Shown: positions 16,898-27,090 of the stretch, in pieces
How the letters are laid out: every line of letters starts with the position of its first letter
Position numbering within the stretch: position 1 is the first letter of the stretch
Origin: an uncultured delta proteobacterium
GTDB lineage: Bacteria; Desulfobacterota; Binatia; UBA9968
DNA length: 47,297 bases
Assembly: GCA_963840855.1 (NCBI GenBank)
Contig: CAWJBB010000020.1
Location: forward strand, 1-47,297
Reading direction: 5' to 3'
Translations under genes and position numbers: made by a program
The notes under the pieces: generated by a model
Seen by the model: only the letters and a program-made list of their open reading frames with translations
Told to the model about the DNA's origin: nothing
Databases searched by the model: none

Positions 16898-18214
16898 CTA
16901 TCGCGCCAAGCCTAGGGCTTTGTCCGCCAGGTCCTTAGCTTTGGCGTAATTATTTCTGGCGAAGTTTTCCCAATCGGTTTCCAACTGGGCTTTGAGGCCG
17001 GATTTCGACTTGAAGGCGCCGGCAATTTCTTTTTCGTTTGCGCGCTTGTCATTGATCGGCGCTTGGGACGCGAGTTTTCTGGCCTCGGCGGCTAAGCTTC
17101 TGCCTTGCGCGGCATTGGCGCTTTTGCTTTTCGCGAGCGCGGCTTCCGCCCCATAGATGCTCTTCCAGGTTTCCCGCAATTCCTTATGGCGATAGGTGAT
17201 GACGTGGTCAAAAAGTGAGTTCACCACCTCGCGCCGCGCGGACGAAAGCTCGTCGTTGAAGTTCACGCCGCCCATCTTCTTTTTGAACGGATCCGGGTAA
17301 TCCTTTGGCGCCCTGGCGTATAAATCGGGGATGACCGGCAACCTGGCGATCTCCGGCGCAAACAACACCAACTGGCCGGCTTCGCTAAGCAGATAGTTCA
17401 CGAACGCCCTGGCCTCCTGGGGATTGGGTCCGCCTTTGACAATGCCGACGCTGGCGGGGACGACGGCAGTCAACGATGGATAAATAAATTCCACCGGCTG
17501 GCCGCTGGCGATAGCCGATAAGCCGAAGAAGTCGATGACCACGCCGATTCCATACTGTCCACTGATCACCGCCTCCGGCACGCCAAAGCTGCGCTCGGTA
17601 ATCGAGCCCATGTTGCCGCCGGCGTTAAGCAACAACGCCCAGCCCTTTTCCCAGCCATACGCCTGCAATATCGTCTCCACCGTCAGGTGGGTCGTGCCAC
17701 TGCGCGATGGCGCGCTGATCACGAGGTGGTTTTGATATCTTGGATCGGCCAGGTCCGTCCATTCCTTTGGCGCCGGCAACTTGTGTGCCTTCAAATAGTT
17801 CTTGTTCCACATCATGCCGTAGCCGCTGATGGCGAAGCCAAAGTATTTGCCGTCGGGGTCGTGGATCGGAAAGTTTCCGATCTTCGCCGGAATTTTCGCG
17901 ATAATCTCATTCGGCGGGGCGTATTTTTCCAGCAGGCCATCGGTATCTAACGTTTGAAACGCGTCGGGTGCACTCACCCAGAAAATATCCGCCTCCGGCT
18001 TTGCCTTGGTCTCGCGCAGGTAGGTAACGCCGGCGTTGGTTTGTTTGCTGTTGATGACGACGTTGACGCCGGGATGCTTCAGCTCGAAGGCTTTTTTATA
18101 GGTTTCGAATAGTTCCTTGGGAAACGACGTAACCACGACTACGTCTTTGGCCGAAGCGCTGCCGGCCAGCAGCCAGAGAACGGATGAGATCGCAATAAGT
18201 CGAAAGCGTTGCAT
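16898..18214 (-). CDS. ABC substrate-binding protein (FbpA/AfuA/PgtC-like)
   Basis: Signal peptide, VVVTSFP, PKEWTDL, PSRSGTT, AFVNYLLSEAGQ; AGGAGG RBS. Confidence 0.88.
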   Translation of the reverse strand: MQRFRLIAISSVLWLLAGSASAKDVVVVTSFPKELFETYKKAFELKHPGVNVVINSKQTNAGVTYLRETKAKPEADIFWVSAPDAFQTLDTDGLLEKYAPPNEIIAKIPAKIGNFPIHDPDGKYFGFAISGYGMMWNKNYLKAHKLPAPKEWTDLADPRYQNHLVISAPSRSGTTHLTVETILQAYGWEKGWALLLNAGGNMGSITERSFGVPEAVISGQYGIGVVIDFFGLSAIASGQPVEFIYPSLTAVVPASVGIVKGGPNPQEARAFVNYLLSEAGQLVLFAPEIARLPVIPDLYARAPKDYPDPFKKKMGGVNFNDELSSARREVVNSLFDHVITYRHKELRETWKSIYGAEAALAKSKSANAAQGRSLAAEARKLASQAPINDKRANEKEIAGAFKSKSGLKAQLETDWENFARNNYAKAKDLADKALGLAR

Positions 18215-18378
18215 AAATCCTCCTGCAAGTTGAAAAGAAAAAGCCCGCGCGATGGTAAGTCACCACGAGGGCTTGATTCTGTCAAGAGATTGTTACAGAT
18301 TTATGAAGTCGCCGCCTAGTTACCGATAAAAGCTGTTTGCGCGACGACGGGTTGCTTTCAATCATGCTATCGGCGCGG

Positions 18379-18924
18379 CTAAGCGATCACCACCTCGTCG
18401 ACTCTGTCCACTTCCTTGAGTCTTACCTGAACATTTCCTGCTGCAGAGAGGGCAATCTTCTTGCCGACATAATTGGCGGCGATTGGCAGCTCACGGCCGC
18501 CGCGATCGATCATGACCGCGAGATGAATCATGCGCGGACGGCCCAGGTCGATCAGATGATCCACCGCGGCGCGCACGGTTCGCCCGGTGTATAACACATC
18601 GTCGAAGAGGACAATGATTTTGTTCGCGATATCGAACGGGATGCGCGTGTGATCGATGGTCCCGCCGGGAAGAAGGGCATTCAAGTCGTCGCGATAAAGC
18701 GTGATGTCCATTTCGCCCACGGGAATTTCCCGGCCCTCCCGTTTCTTGATGATCTGGGCGAGGCGCTTGGCGACATAGGGGCCGCGGGTTCGGACGCCAA
18801 TAAAAACGACTTGGTCTAAGCTACCATATTGCCGCAACATCTCTCTGGCGAAACGCTCGAAGATGGCTTTGACCTGGGCGGCGGTGAGGATGCGCTTTTT
18901 CTTCGTCTTGCGATTTTGCTTCAC
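18379..18924 (-). CDS. pyrR: PyrR bifunctional regulator / uracil phosphoribosyltransferase
   Basis: GVRTRG, DITLYRDDL, DDVLYTGRTVRAA, DRGGRELPI; GTG start after GGAG. Confidence 0.88.
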   Translation of the reverse strand: MKQNRKTKKKRILTAAQVKAIFERFAREMLRQYGSLDQVVFIGVRTRGPYVAKRLAQIIKKREGREIPVGEMDITLYRDDLNALLPGGTIDHTRIPFDIANKIIVLFDDVLYTGRTVRAAVDHLIDLGRPRMIHLAVMIDRGGRELPIAANYVGKKIALSAAGNVQVRLKEVDRVDEVVIA

Positions 18925-19015
18925 ACTTAAAGCTCCGTCGCGTGGTATTCGTTTTGTGTTCGTTCTAATGCGAACACGAGCACGAGAAACGAGCACGACG
19001 ATTGCAATAGCCTAG

Positions 19016-20315
19016 CTAGAGTTTGTTATTGGCGACTCGTATCATCGTTTCCATAAGCAACTGAGCGCCGAGGCAGATATCTTCGGGGTCCGTCCACTCC
19101 AGCGGATTATGACTGATGCCGCGCGTACTTGGAACAAAAATCATCCCCGCCGGCGTGATTTTGGCCATCTGCATCGCGTCGTGACCAGCGCCGGAGGGCA
19201 TGATTTCGTAGTCGAGCCCCTTTTCATCGCATATATCTTTTGTCATGCGCAGCAAGCGCTTGTCCAGCGCCACGGGGTGTTCTTCGCGGATCGGCAGAAT
19301 TTCTACGCCGATGCCGCGCGCCCGGGCGATGGCGCCGGCTTTTTGCTTGACCATTGTTGCTACGCGATCTTTAGACCGCGCGGTGATGCCGCGAATGTCG
19401 ACGGACAGTTCTGCTTTACCCGGCACGGCATTGATGACGCCGGGTTCGATCCGCATCGCGCCCACCGTGCCGACGACTCTGCCCTTCGCCATGGAAGAAA
19501 ACTTGCGGCAGGTTTTTTCGACGTATTCAATCAACTGCGCCGAGGCGACCAGCGCGTCCTTGCGCATCTCCATGGGCGTCGTGCCGGAGTGGTCCGCTTG
19601 GCCTGTGAAAACCACTCTGAACCGGCTCGGCGCGGCGATGGCGGTGACCAGCCCGATTCGTTTCTTTTTCGCTTCCAGAATCGGTCCTTGCTCGATGTGC
19701 AGCTCTAAATACGCCTTGAGGCCATTGGGATTCCGTTTGATGGCGCTGAGATTGCGCCGTGAGATTCCCAGGCTCGCCAGCACGTCCGCCAATTTCGTGC
19801 CCTGTTGATCGACTGCGTTCGTCAAGTCTTTGGGGCGAACCTCGCCGGCTACAAGGCTGCTGCCCAGCGTGGAAAAGCCGAAGCGGCTCGATTCTTCACC
19901 GACGAAGCAGACCACCTCGAGAGGCGAGCGAAACGCGATGTTATTTTCCCGTATGGTTCGCACCGCTTCGAGGGCGCCGATGACCCCGACGGGGCCGTCG
20001 TACTTACCGCCGTGAATGACAGTATCGAGATGCGATCCCGCGAGCACGGCGGGCGCTTTGGGATTTGCGCCGTCCAGCCGGCCAAATATGTTGCCGATGG
20101 CGTCAATGTGGATTTTCAGACCCGCTTGGCGCATGAGGTGAATCAATAACTGGCGGCTGCGCAGCTCCTTGACGGAGAAGACAAGCCGGGTCACGGCGCC
20201 GTGGCTGCTTATGCCAATGCGCCCGACGGCGTTGAAATCGCGCATCAGGCGTCGTTTGTTGACGGTGGCCGTTAAATAAAACAGCGGCCGTCCGGGCGCG
20301 GAGATTTCGCTGCAT
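19016..20315 (-). CDS. M20 Zn-dependent N-carbamoyl-amino-acid/allantoate amidohydrolase (start uncertain, probable frameshift near 20290)
   Basis: GSHLDTV, GKYDG, EESSRF, ELHIEQG, HSGTTPM, GAGHDA, SHNP; conserved VNKRRL lies upstream of ATG 20245 with no in-frame start. Confidence 0.85.
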
Positions 20316-20441
20316 ACTTAGTCACTCTATCAGCTTCCGCGATGCCTGAGAAACTGCTTTTTGGACGCTTTTGGGTTTTGTTGGAATTGAGGTACCGCTA
20401 TGTTATAGCGAGCCTATTCCAAACATTTGAAAGGTATTTCC

Positions 20442-21110
20442 ATGAGCGAAGTTTCCCAAAGAGTCGCCGAGATGTTGCTTGCGACGGAGTCCATCGCAGT
20501 CTATAAAGATAATCCATTTGTTTTCGTGTCCGGGCGAATCTCACCCGTTTATATCGACTGCCGCAAGCTTTTGTCCTTTCCCGCCGAACGAGAATACATC
20601 GTCACCGCGCTGGCCAAGAAAGCGGAAACCGACATCGGGCTCGACAATATAGACGTGGTTGCGGGCGGGGAAACCGCAGGAATTCCCTATGCTTCCTTCG
20701 TTTCCCATCTGATCAAAAAACCGATGATTTATATCCGCAAGCAGCCCAAAGGTTACGGTGGGACGAAGCAGATCGAGGGTAATCTCGATGCGGGCAAGCG
20801 GGTGCTGCTAGTCGAGGATTTAATCACCGACGGGTTGAGCAAGCTGCGCTTCAACATCGGTATCCGCGGCGCCGGGGCGAAGATGACCCATTGCCTGTGC
20901 GTTTTCGATTATGCCTCCGACCGGCTCAAGCAACATGAAGGAAAAGACGCCCTCGCCAAAAACGATATTGCATTGCACGTGCTCGCCAACTGGGACGACG
21001 TGCTCGACACCGGCACCAGTAAAAAATACTTTACCGAAGAACAAAACAAGCAGATCATCGATTTCTTAAAGGATCCGGAGAGCTGGGGCCGCAAGATGGG
21101 CTTCGTGTAA
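20442..21110 (+). CDS. pyrE: orotate phosphoribosyltransferase
   Basis: SGRISPVYIDCRK, GGETAGIP, RKQPKGYG, VEDLITDG. Confidence 0.88.
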   Translation: MSEVSQRVAEMLLATESIAVYKDNPFVFVSGRISPVYIDCRKLLSFPAEREYIVTALAKKAETDIGLDNIDVVAGGETAGIPYASFVSHLIKKPMIYIRKQPKGYGGTKQIEGNLDAGKRVLLVEDLITDGLSKLRFNIGIRGAGAKMTHCLCVFDYASDRLKQHEGKDALAKNDIALHVLANWDDVLDTGTSKKYFTEEQNKQIIDFLKDPESWGRKMGFV

Positions 21111-21236
21111 GGGCGGTGAAAACGGCTCATCTGCGTCGTTGCGCTCGACCCCCTCGCTCCAACGTACTACTCATGTACGCCTCCGCTCGTCGGTCTTCGC
21201 GCGCCTAGCAGCTGAGCCGTTTTGACCGCCCTTACA
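21106..21236. mobile_element. MITE-like element with 29-bp terminal inverted repeats
   Basis: TGTAAGGGCGGTGAAAACGGCTCATCTGC ... GCAGCTGAGCCGTTTTGACCGCCCTTACA (2 mismatches); non-coding; overlaps the pyrE stop. Confidence 0.7.
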
Positions 21237-21369
21237 ATACAGCAAAGGACGATACAGTTGCGTTGTCGAGCCTCTCGCCATGCAAGAATTCTGGAGGAGT
21301 GCGGCGAACCGTGCTCTTACTATTTTAGCCGCGCGGAGTTTTGAGATCGACAATCCATAGAGGTACTTA

Positions 21370-22840
21370 ATGCGGACGTTAATTCGCAATGCTCTCATCG
21401 TCACGATGAACGAGCAGAACGATGTCATGGACAAGGGCGCCATCGTCATTGATGGACAACCGGCTTTCCTACGTCGGGCCGACGGACAGGATGCCGCCGG
21501 GTTCCTTCGACCGCGTCATCGAAGCGAGCCGCATGATTGCCATGCCGGGCATGGTCAATTGTCACTGCCATTCCCCCGCCAATCTGGTGCGCGGCATGAT
21601 GCCGAGCAAGCCCTTGGAGATCTGGCGGGCGTATTATCGCGCGTCTTTGCGCGACATGCGCGATGAAGACTTCTATGCCAGCGCGCTTCTCGGCGGCATG
21701 GAAATGTTGAAAAACGGCGCGACGACGGTACTCGATCACTTTGCCGGCAATCAGGTCGGTCGCTTCATGGGCGCCGGCGCGGCAATTCATGCCATGCGCG
21801 ATCTCGGACTGCGCCATGTCGTTGCACTGACGATCACGGACAAGAACTACGAAGACACTATCCCTCTCGGTGAAACTGCGCCTGCGCTTACCGGCGAGAT
21901 CAGGCGCATGAGCGCGGGCGAAGCGAAAAGCACCAAGGCTTGGCTCCATGAGTGCGCAGAATTCATCGAAACGTTTCACGCGCCGGAGAAACTGACCACC
22001 GCGTGTCCAGGACCGTCGGCGGTTCAGCGCTGCACGGATGAGCTTCTTACGGGCGCGGCTGAGATGGCGGCGAAAAGAAACCTGCCGATGCACATTCACC
22101 TGGCCGAAACCAAGGCACAGGCGGTGCAGGGTCAAAAAATCTACGGCCATTCTTTGCTGCGGCATTTGGAATCCCTCGGTATCGTCAGTACGAACGTTTC
22201 GTGCGCTCATTCCATCTGGGTCCAGGACGAGGACGTGGAGTTGTTCGCCAAACGCGGGGCGACGCCGGTGCATAATCCGGCGAGCAACCTGCGTATCGGC
22301 AGCGGTCTGGCGAAAGTTAAAGAGTTTCTTGCGGCGGGAGTGAACGTCGGACTTGGAACGGACGGTTCTGCCTCCAACGACGGGCAGAATATGTTCGACG
22401 CGCTGCGCTTGGCTGCGTTGATTCACAACCAGGCCGGCACGGACTTCAACCAGTGGGTCACGCCCGTTCAGGCGCTGGCGATGGCGACACGCAATGGCGC
22501 GCGCGCATTCGGTCTCGATGCGGGTAGACTCGCGCCGGGAATGCTCGCCGATCTCGTCTTGCTGCGCCGCGAGACGCCGGCATTCACGCCGCTCAACGAT
22601 GTCATCGGCCAGCTGGTTTTTTGTGAAAACGGCAGCGACGTGGATACCGTGATCGTGAACGGCGAAGTAGTCGTGGAAGGAGGCCGCTGCACGAAAGTCA
22701 ATGAAAAGGAGGTGCTTGGGCTCGCGATCAAAGCCCGCGAACGCCTCGATCCATCGATTCAGCGCGAGCTGGCCGCGGCAAAGACACTGGAGCCGGCATT
22801 AGCGGAGATGTATTTTAGGGTCTTCGGCAAACCAGGGTAG
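21370..22840 (+). CDS. amidohydrolase, Atz/Trz/MTA-SAH deaminase family (one extra base near 21452)
   Basis: MRTLIRNALIVTMN in one frame; PGMVNCHCH, HIHLAE, AHSIW, HNPASN, LGTDG in the +1 frame. Confidence 0.85.
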
Positions 22841-22842
22841 AT

Positions 22843-22874
22843 GTAGGATAGCTTGGGTGAATCGAATCCTATCC
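22843..22874. repeat. GTAG-headed imperfect palindrome between convergent genes (REP-like or terminator)
   Basis: GTAGGATAGCTTGGGTGAATCGAATCCTATCC. Confidence 0.35.
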
Positions 22875-22876
22875 GC

Positions 22877-24278
22877 TTACAGGGGTGGCGTTCTTTTATG
22901 CCACTCCGTCGCCTGTTCGTAAGCATAGGCTGCGCGAAAGCAGGTCGTTTCCTCGAACGCCGGCGCGACAATCTGTAAGCCGACGGGCAGGCTATCTTCC
23001 GTAAAGCCGCAGGGCACAGAGATGGCGGGAAGCCCCGTCAAGTTAAACGGATTGGTGAAGCTTGGCCGAAGGTTCTGTTCGTTGGGGTCCATGCTGGCGA
23101 AGGCATCGGGCGGGCGGGCCACCGTGGGCGTGAGGATGACTTCGACGCGGCGCAAAGTTCGCGAGCATGCGCTCGTTGAGCGCTGCGCGAGCGCGCTGCG
23201 CGGTGATGTAATCGGCGGCGCTCAGAAATGCCCCTTCGAGCATACGGCGTCTGACCGTGCTGCCGAATTTTTCCGGCGTGCTTTGATAAGTTTTCTCATG
23301 GTAGGCGTAAGCTTCGGCGATGAGAATCGTTTGGTTCGCCTTGCGCGCCAACGAGAAGGGCTTGCCGTCGAGTTCAATTACCTCAGCGCCGAGCGCCATC
23401 AGCATTTTCAGCGCGTCATTGAATACCGAGTACGTTTCGGGAGCGACGCCCAAATTTTCATCGAACCAATTTGCCCGGGGCACGCCGATCCGCAGGCCCT
23501 TAACGCCGTTCTTCAGTGCAGAGCGAAAGTCGGGGACCGGAGCATGCGCTGATGCCGGATCCTTGGCATCATAGCCGGCGAGCGCCTGCAGCATGATGGC
23601 GCAGTCTTCGACGCTTCTTGCCATCGGCCCGGCGTGATCCAGTGACCAACTTAAAGGGACGACTCCATGGCGGCTGACGCGTCCATAGGTCGGTTTGATG
23701 CCGACGATGCTACAATGAGCGGCTGGGTTACGAATCGAACCGCCGGTGTCGGAACCGAGGGCGCCGTAGCAAAGCCCGGCGGCCAACGCTGCGCCCGAAC
23801 CGCTGCTCGATCCGCCGGTGACATGCGCGGTGTTCCACGGATTCCTCACGGCGGGGAAGGGCGCATCCACCGACGGCCCGCCGAAAGCGAACTCATGCAT
23901 GCCAAGTTTTCCGAGAAGAACCGTGCCGGCCTCAGCGAGCTTCGCCGTAGCCGTCGCATCGTGATCCGGAATCCAATTCTCCAAAACCGCGGAATGGCAA
24001 GTCGTGCGGATGCCCTTCGTTGCGTAGAGGTCTTTCAGTGCAATAGGAATCCCGTGCAGCGGCCCGCGATCCATGCCGGCTCGAAGTTGCTTTTCCGCCT
24101 GACGAGCTTGTTCGAGGGCAAGGGCCGCGGTCACCGTGATGAAGCTATGCAGCTTGCCGTCGATGGATTCGATTCTTTCCAAGCAGGCTTTCGCCAACTC
24201 CACCGGCGAAAACCGCTTGGCGCGCAAGCCGGCGGCGACTTCGGTGATCGTGAGGTAGCAAAGCTCGCTGGTCGTCAT
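22877..24278 (-). CDS. amidase-signature family enzyme (AtzE-like), one extra base near 23151
   Basis: GIPIALKD, GGSSSGS, GSDTGGSIR; C-terminus (FNLTGLPAISVPCG, PVGLQIV) in the shifted frame. Confidence 0.87.
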
Positions 24279-24283
24279 TTCGT

Positions 24284-24481
24284 TTACTCCCTCTGGCTTC
24301 TGGCAGGCGCAAAAACCGCCGCCGGCTCGTCGGTATTCGTAACCAGCTCGCGCAGGTCGTCCGCTTGATTGTATGCGCGGTTTACGCCCGGCAATAATTG
24401 ATCCAATTCGTCCTCGCTCAACTCCAGCCCCGCTCGCGCTGCTCTTACGCGCAGTTCATCCCGCGTGATTTTAGTTGCCAT
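24284..24481 (-). CDS. small GatC/AtzG-like amidase partner
   Basis: 65 aa, AARAGLEL and EPAAVF motifs, immediately upstream of the amidase; GAGGT RBS. Confidence 0.65.
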   Translation of the reverse strand: MATKITRDELRVRAARAGLELSEDELDQLLPGVNRAYNQADDLRELVTNTDEPAAVFAPARSQRE

Positions 24482-24664
24482 CGTCCACCTCGATTAATTG
24501 GGTGCCGAACAAGGTTCTTTTATCTAAGGGTCTCTTGTGCTGTCAATGCAAAAAGGAGACTTGTATTCGTCTCAAGTCGCCGCCGGCGCGGCAACCCTTC
24601 TGACATGGCTCCTCTTCGCGGGCGCACATAGTCATAGATCACTCGAACTGTGGAAGTGATTGCG

Positions 24665-25702
24665 CTATTTTTTCGGTACCAGGATTTCTCTTAGCTTGCC
24701 CACTAGACTCTGATCCACTTGAAAGAGCTTGCGCACGATGGCTTCCACTTCGGAGCCGGTGAGAGGTCCGAGATCGAGATTGGCTTTGACGATCTCCGCG
24801 GCGAATTCTTTGTCTTTCATCGTTGCGTTGAAAGCGTCGCGTAAAATGCTTAACCGTTCTCGCGGCGTGTTGGGCGGGAGCGCGTAGGCCCGGAGAATCG
24901 CCGAAGACGCGTGGGTACCCGCTTCGATCAATTGCTTGGCTTCGGCGCTCTTGGCGAAATCGATGGCATTGGGAACCTGCGGAATGTCGGCGGCTTTTTT
25001 CGCGTTGATCTGCAAAACGGGAAACACTTCATGGGAGTCGATGCCCTTTTTCCAGGTGGAGCGAATGGACGCCCAGGTCCAACAGCCGCCGTCGACTTCC
25101 CCGGATTCGGCGGCGATGCGAATAAACGAAGTGCCTTTGTATCCCTCGATGAGTTGGATGGGTAGTTTCAGAGTCGCTTGCAGCATGCGGGGGACATCGG
25201 AGTCGTTGGCGCCGGGAGCTTCGCCGCCGAGTTTCACCGGCTTCTTCGCCGCGAACCACTGCTCGAGGCTGGTCACGCCACTGGCTTTGGTAAGCGCGCA
25301 GACATTTTCGTCCTGTACGGGAACGCCGAGCCATTCGAAGCGCCGGCCGTCGAACTCGATGCCTTGGTCGCCGAGGATTTGTTGGAGCAACAGCGAACCG
25401 ATGAAATTGCCGATTGTCAAACCGTCAGGGGCCGCCGCTTTGAAGAGAAAGTTGGCGGCGAGGCGGCTACCGGCTCCACCCATGTTGTCGACGATCATGG
25501 TTGGATTGCCTGGGATATGTCTGGGCATATGCCGGGCGATAATACGGGAGTATTGATCGAAACCGCCACCGGCGGAAAAGCCGACGATGATGCGGATTGT
25601 CTTGCCTCTGTAGAAATCCTGGTCAGCGGACGCGGCGTCTGCGTTGCGACCGGGAATCGAGACAAGCAAAAGCGCGACTAGGATTGCGACGCGTGTAACC
25701 AT
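24665..25702 (-). CDS. Bug/TctC tripartite tricarboxylate transporter substrate-binding protein
   Basis: FYRGKTIRIIVGFSAGGGFD, NMGGAG, PDGLTIG, GYKG...GEVDG, PPNTP. Confidence 0.9.
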   Translation of the reverse strand: MVTRVAILVALLLVSIPGRNADAASADQDFYRGKTIRIIVGFSAGGGFDQYSRIIARHMPRHIPGNPTMIVDNMGGAGSRLAANFLFKAAAPDGLTIGNFIGSLLLQQILGDQGIEFDGRRFEWLGVPVQDENVCALTKASGVTSLEQWFAAKKPVKLGGEAPGANDSDVPRMLQATLKLPIQLIEGYKGTSFIRIAAESGEVDGGCWTWASIRSTWKKGIDSHEVFPVLQINAKKAADIPQVPNAIDFAKSAEAKQLIEAGTHASSAILRAYALPPNTPRERLSILRDAFNATMKDKEFAAEIVKANLDLGPLTGSEVEAIVRKLFQVDQSLVGKLREILVPKK

Positions 25703-25720
25703 GGGACCTCCTATCGGCGC

Positions 25721-25834
25721 CGTTCAAAAAGTTCAAGCCGTTTCAATCGTTCAAAACGTCGAAGCGGTTCGATCCGGTCATTCAGTGAATTCAGAAACGG
25801 CTTGAACGATTTGAACTTTTTGAACGTCTTGAAC
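25721..25834. repeat. inverted arrays of 9-nt TTGAAC-core repeats
   Basis: GTTCAAAAA GTTCAAGCC GTTTCAATC GTTCAAAAC ... GGCTTGAAC GATTTGAAC TTTTTGAAC GTCTTGAAC. Confidence 0.8.
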
Positions 25835-25857
25835 AAGTCTTACTCAAATCCGCCGCG

Positions 25858-27054
25858 TTAGCGCAAGTTCCCTGTATGGCCGAGGGAATAACGTCCCGGC
25901 TGTGGCCAGACCGTGAGTCCATGTGGCTCGGTCTTTACCGGGATCTTCCTCATGCTGCCGTCACTTGTATCGATAACGTACACCTCGTTGTCGTAGCGGC
26001 CCGAAAGCCAAAGCTGTTTGCCATCTATGCTCACGTTGCCCATGTCGGGACTGCCGCCCCCGGGAATTGGCCAGGTGACCGTCACTTTACGGGTCGCAAA
26101 GTCGATCACCGACACGCTGCCTTTACCCTTGGGCGGTCCGTAAACCCGGGCGACGCCGCGATTGGCGACGTAAAGCTTGGTTCCATCGCGGCTCGGATAG
26201 AGTCCGTGCGTTCCGATACCGGTCTCGATGTGACCAATCTCCTTGAAACTATCGCCATCGACGACGAAGATCCCTTTGGCTTTCATATCGGCGACATAGA
26301 ATACTTTGCCGTCCGGTGAGATGCGCACGTCCTGGGGCATGCCGCCTTTGGAGAGCTTGAGATATCCAGCCACTTTCCGGCCCACCAGGTCGACCTTGGC
26401 GATGCTCTGGCCGTACTCACAGGTGAAAATCGCATAGCGGCCGTCGATGGAAAAATCGGCGTGATTGATGCCCGGGCAGTTGGGGGTGTCGATGGAAAAT
26501 TTCATCGCCATGGTGTGGGGATCGCGGAAATCGAGCCGCTTGCGCGCTTCGGCGACGATGATTGCCGCGCTCCCGTCGGGCGTAAAGTACATGTTATACG
26601 GGTCATCCACTGGAATATTTTTTCCAGGTTTGCCCGTCGCCGGATCGATGGGCGTGACGCTGCCGTCGTTGCGGCCTTCGGCATTGTTGTTGACCCATAA
26701 AGTCTTCAAATCCCACGACGGAACCACATGCTGCGGGTGCACGCCGACTTTGAATTTGTCGACAACTTTTAAAGTTGCGGGATCAATGACCCAGACATCG
26801 TTGGAAGAGCGGTTTGGAACATAAACCCGCGAGAGGTGATTCGCGACCGTTGGGCTGAGCTTGTCGGAGCGAGTCTCGCTGTAGAGATTGTTAGGATCAA
26901 CCACCGCAGGCATGCCGGTGACGGTTTGAATTTTGCGCGGCAAACTGGTGTCCGATGATTCCGCAGCGGGCAAAATAGCCGGAGGCGATAATAGGAACAT
27001 CACGGCCAACGCGCTCAGGGCCGCGATAGCGGAGATTTTTGCGGCTTTAATCAC
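25858..27054 (-). CDS. secreted YVTN/YncE-family beta-propeller protein
   Basis: Repeated YVxN/SPDGK/VSVID blades; signal peptide; GGAGG RBS before GTG. Confidence 0.85.
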   Translation of the reverse strand: MIKAAKISAIAALSALAVMFLLSPPAILPAAESSDTSLPRKIQTVTGMPAVVDPNNLYSETRSDKLSPTVANHLSRVYVPNRSSNDVWVIDPATLKVVDKFKVGVHPQHVVPSWDLKTLWVNNNAEGRNDGSVTPIDPATGKPGKNIPVDDPYNMYFTPDGSAAIIVAEARKRLDFRDPHTMAMKFSIDTPNCPGINHADFSIDGRYAIFTCEYGQSIAKVDLVGRKVAGYLKLSKGGMPQDVRISPDGKVFYVADMKAKGIFVVDGDSFKEIGHIETGIGTHGLYPSRDGTKLYVANRGVARVYGPPKGKGSVSVIDFATRKVTVTWPIPGGGSPDMGNVSIDGKQLWLSGRYDNEVYVIDTSDGSMRKIPVKTEPHGLTVWPQPGRYSLGHTGNLR

Positions 27055-27090
27055 GACTCCTCCCAGACATAGGATTTTCGCGCGCGAAGC

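Noticed and set aside
20316-20441. PyrR-binding attenuator upstream of pyrE or the hydrolase
   Set aside because: No AGUCCNGNGAGGCU-like binding loop or terminator/antiterminator seen on either strand
21370-21480. Programmed ribosomal frameshifting in the split genes
   Set aside because: No slippery heptamer or stimulatory structure is evident and these families are not known for recoding; sequencing error is simpler
21446-22426. Long antisense ORFs (e.g. 725-1576, 21446-22426, 35784-36527, 45411-46253)
   Set aside because: Shadow frames of well-supported genes in GC-rich DNA with no recognisable motifs
22877-24278. Amidase as gatA
   Set aside because: Has GKLGMHEFAFG and IRNPA rather than the GatA-type GKTNMDEFAMG and IRQPA; no gatB adjacent
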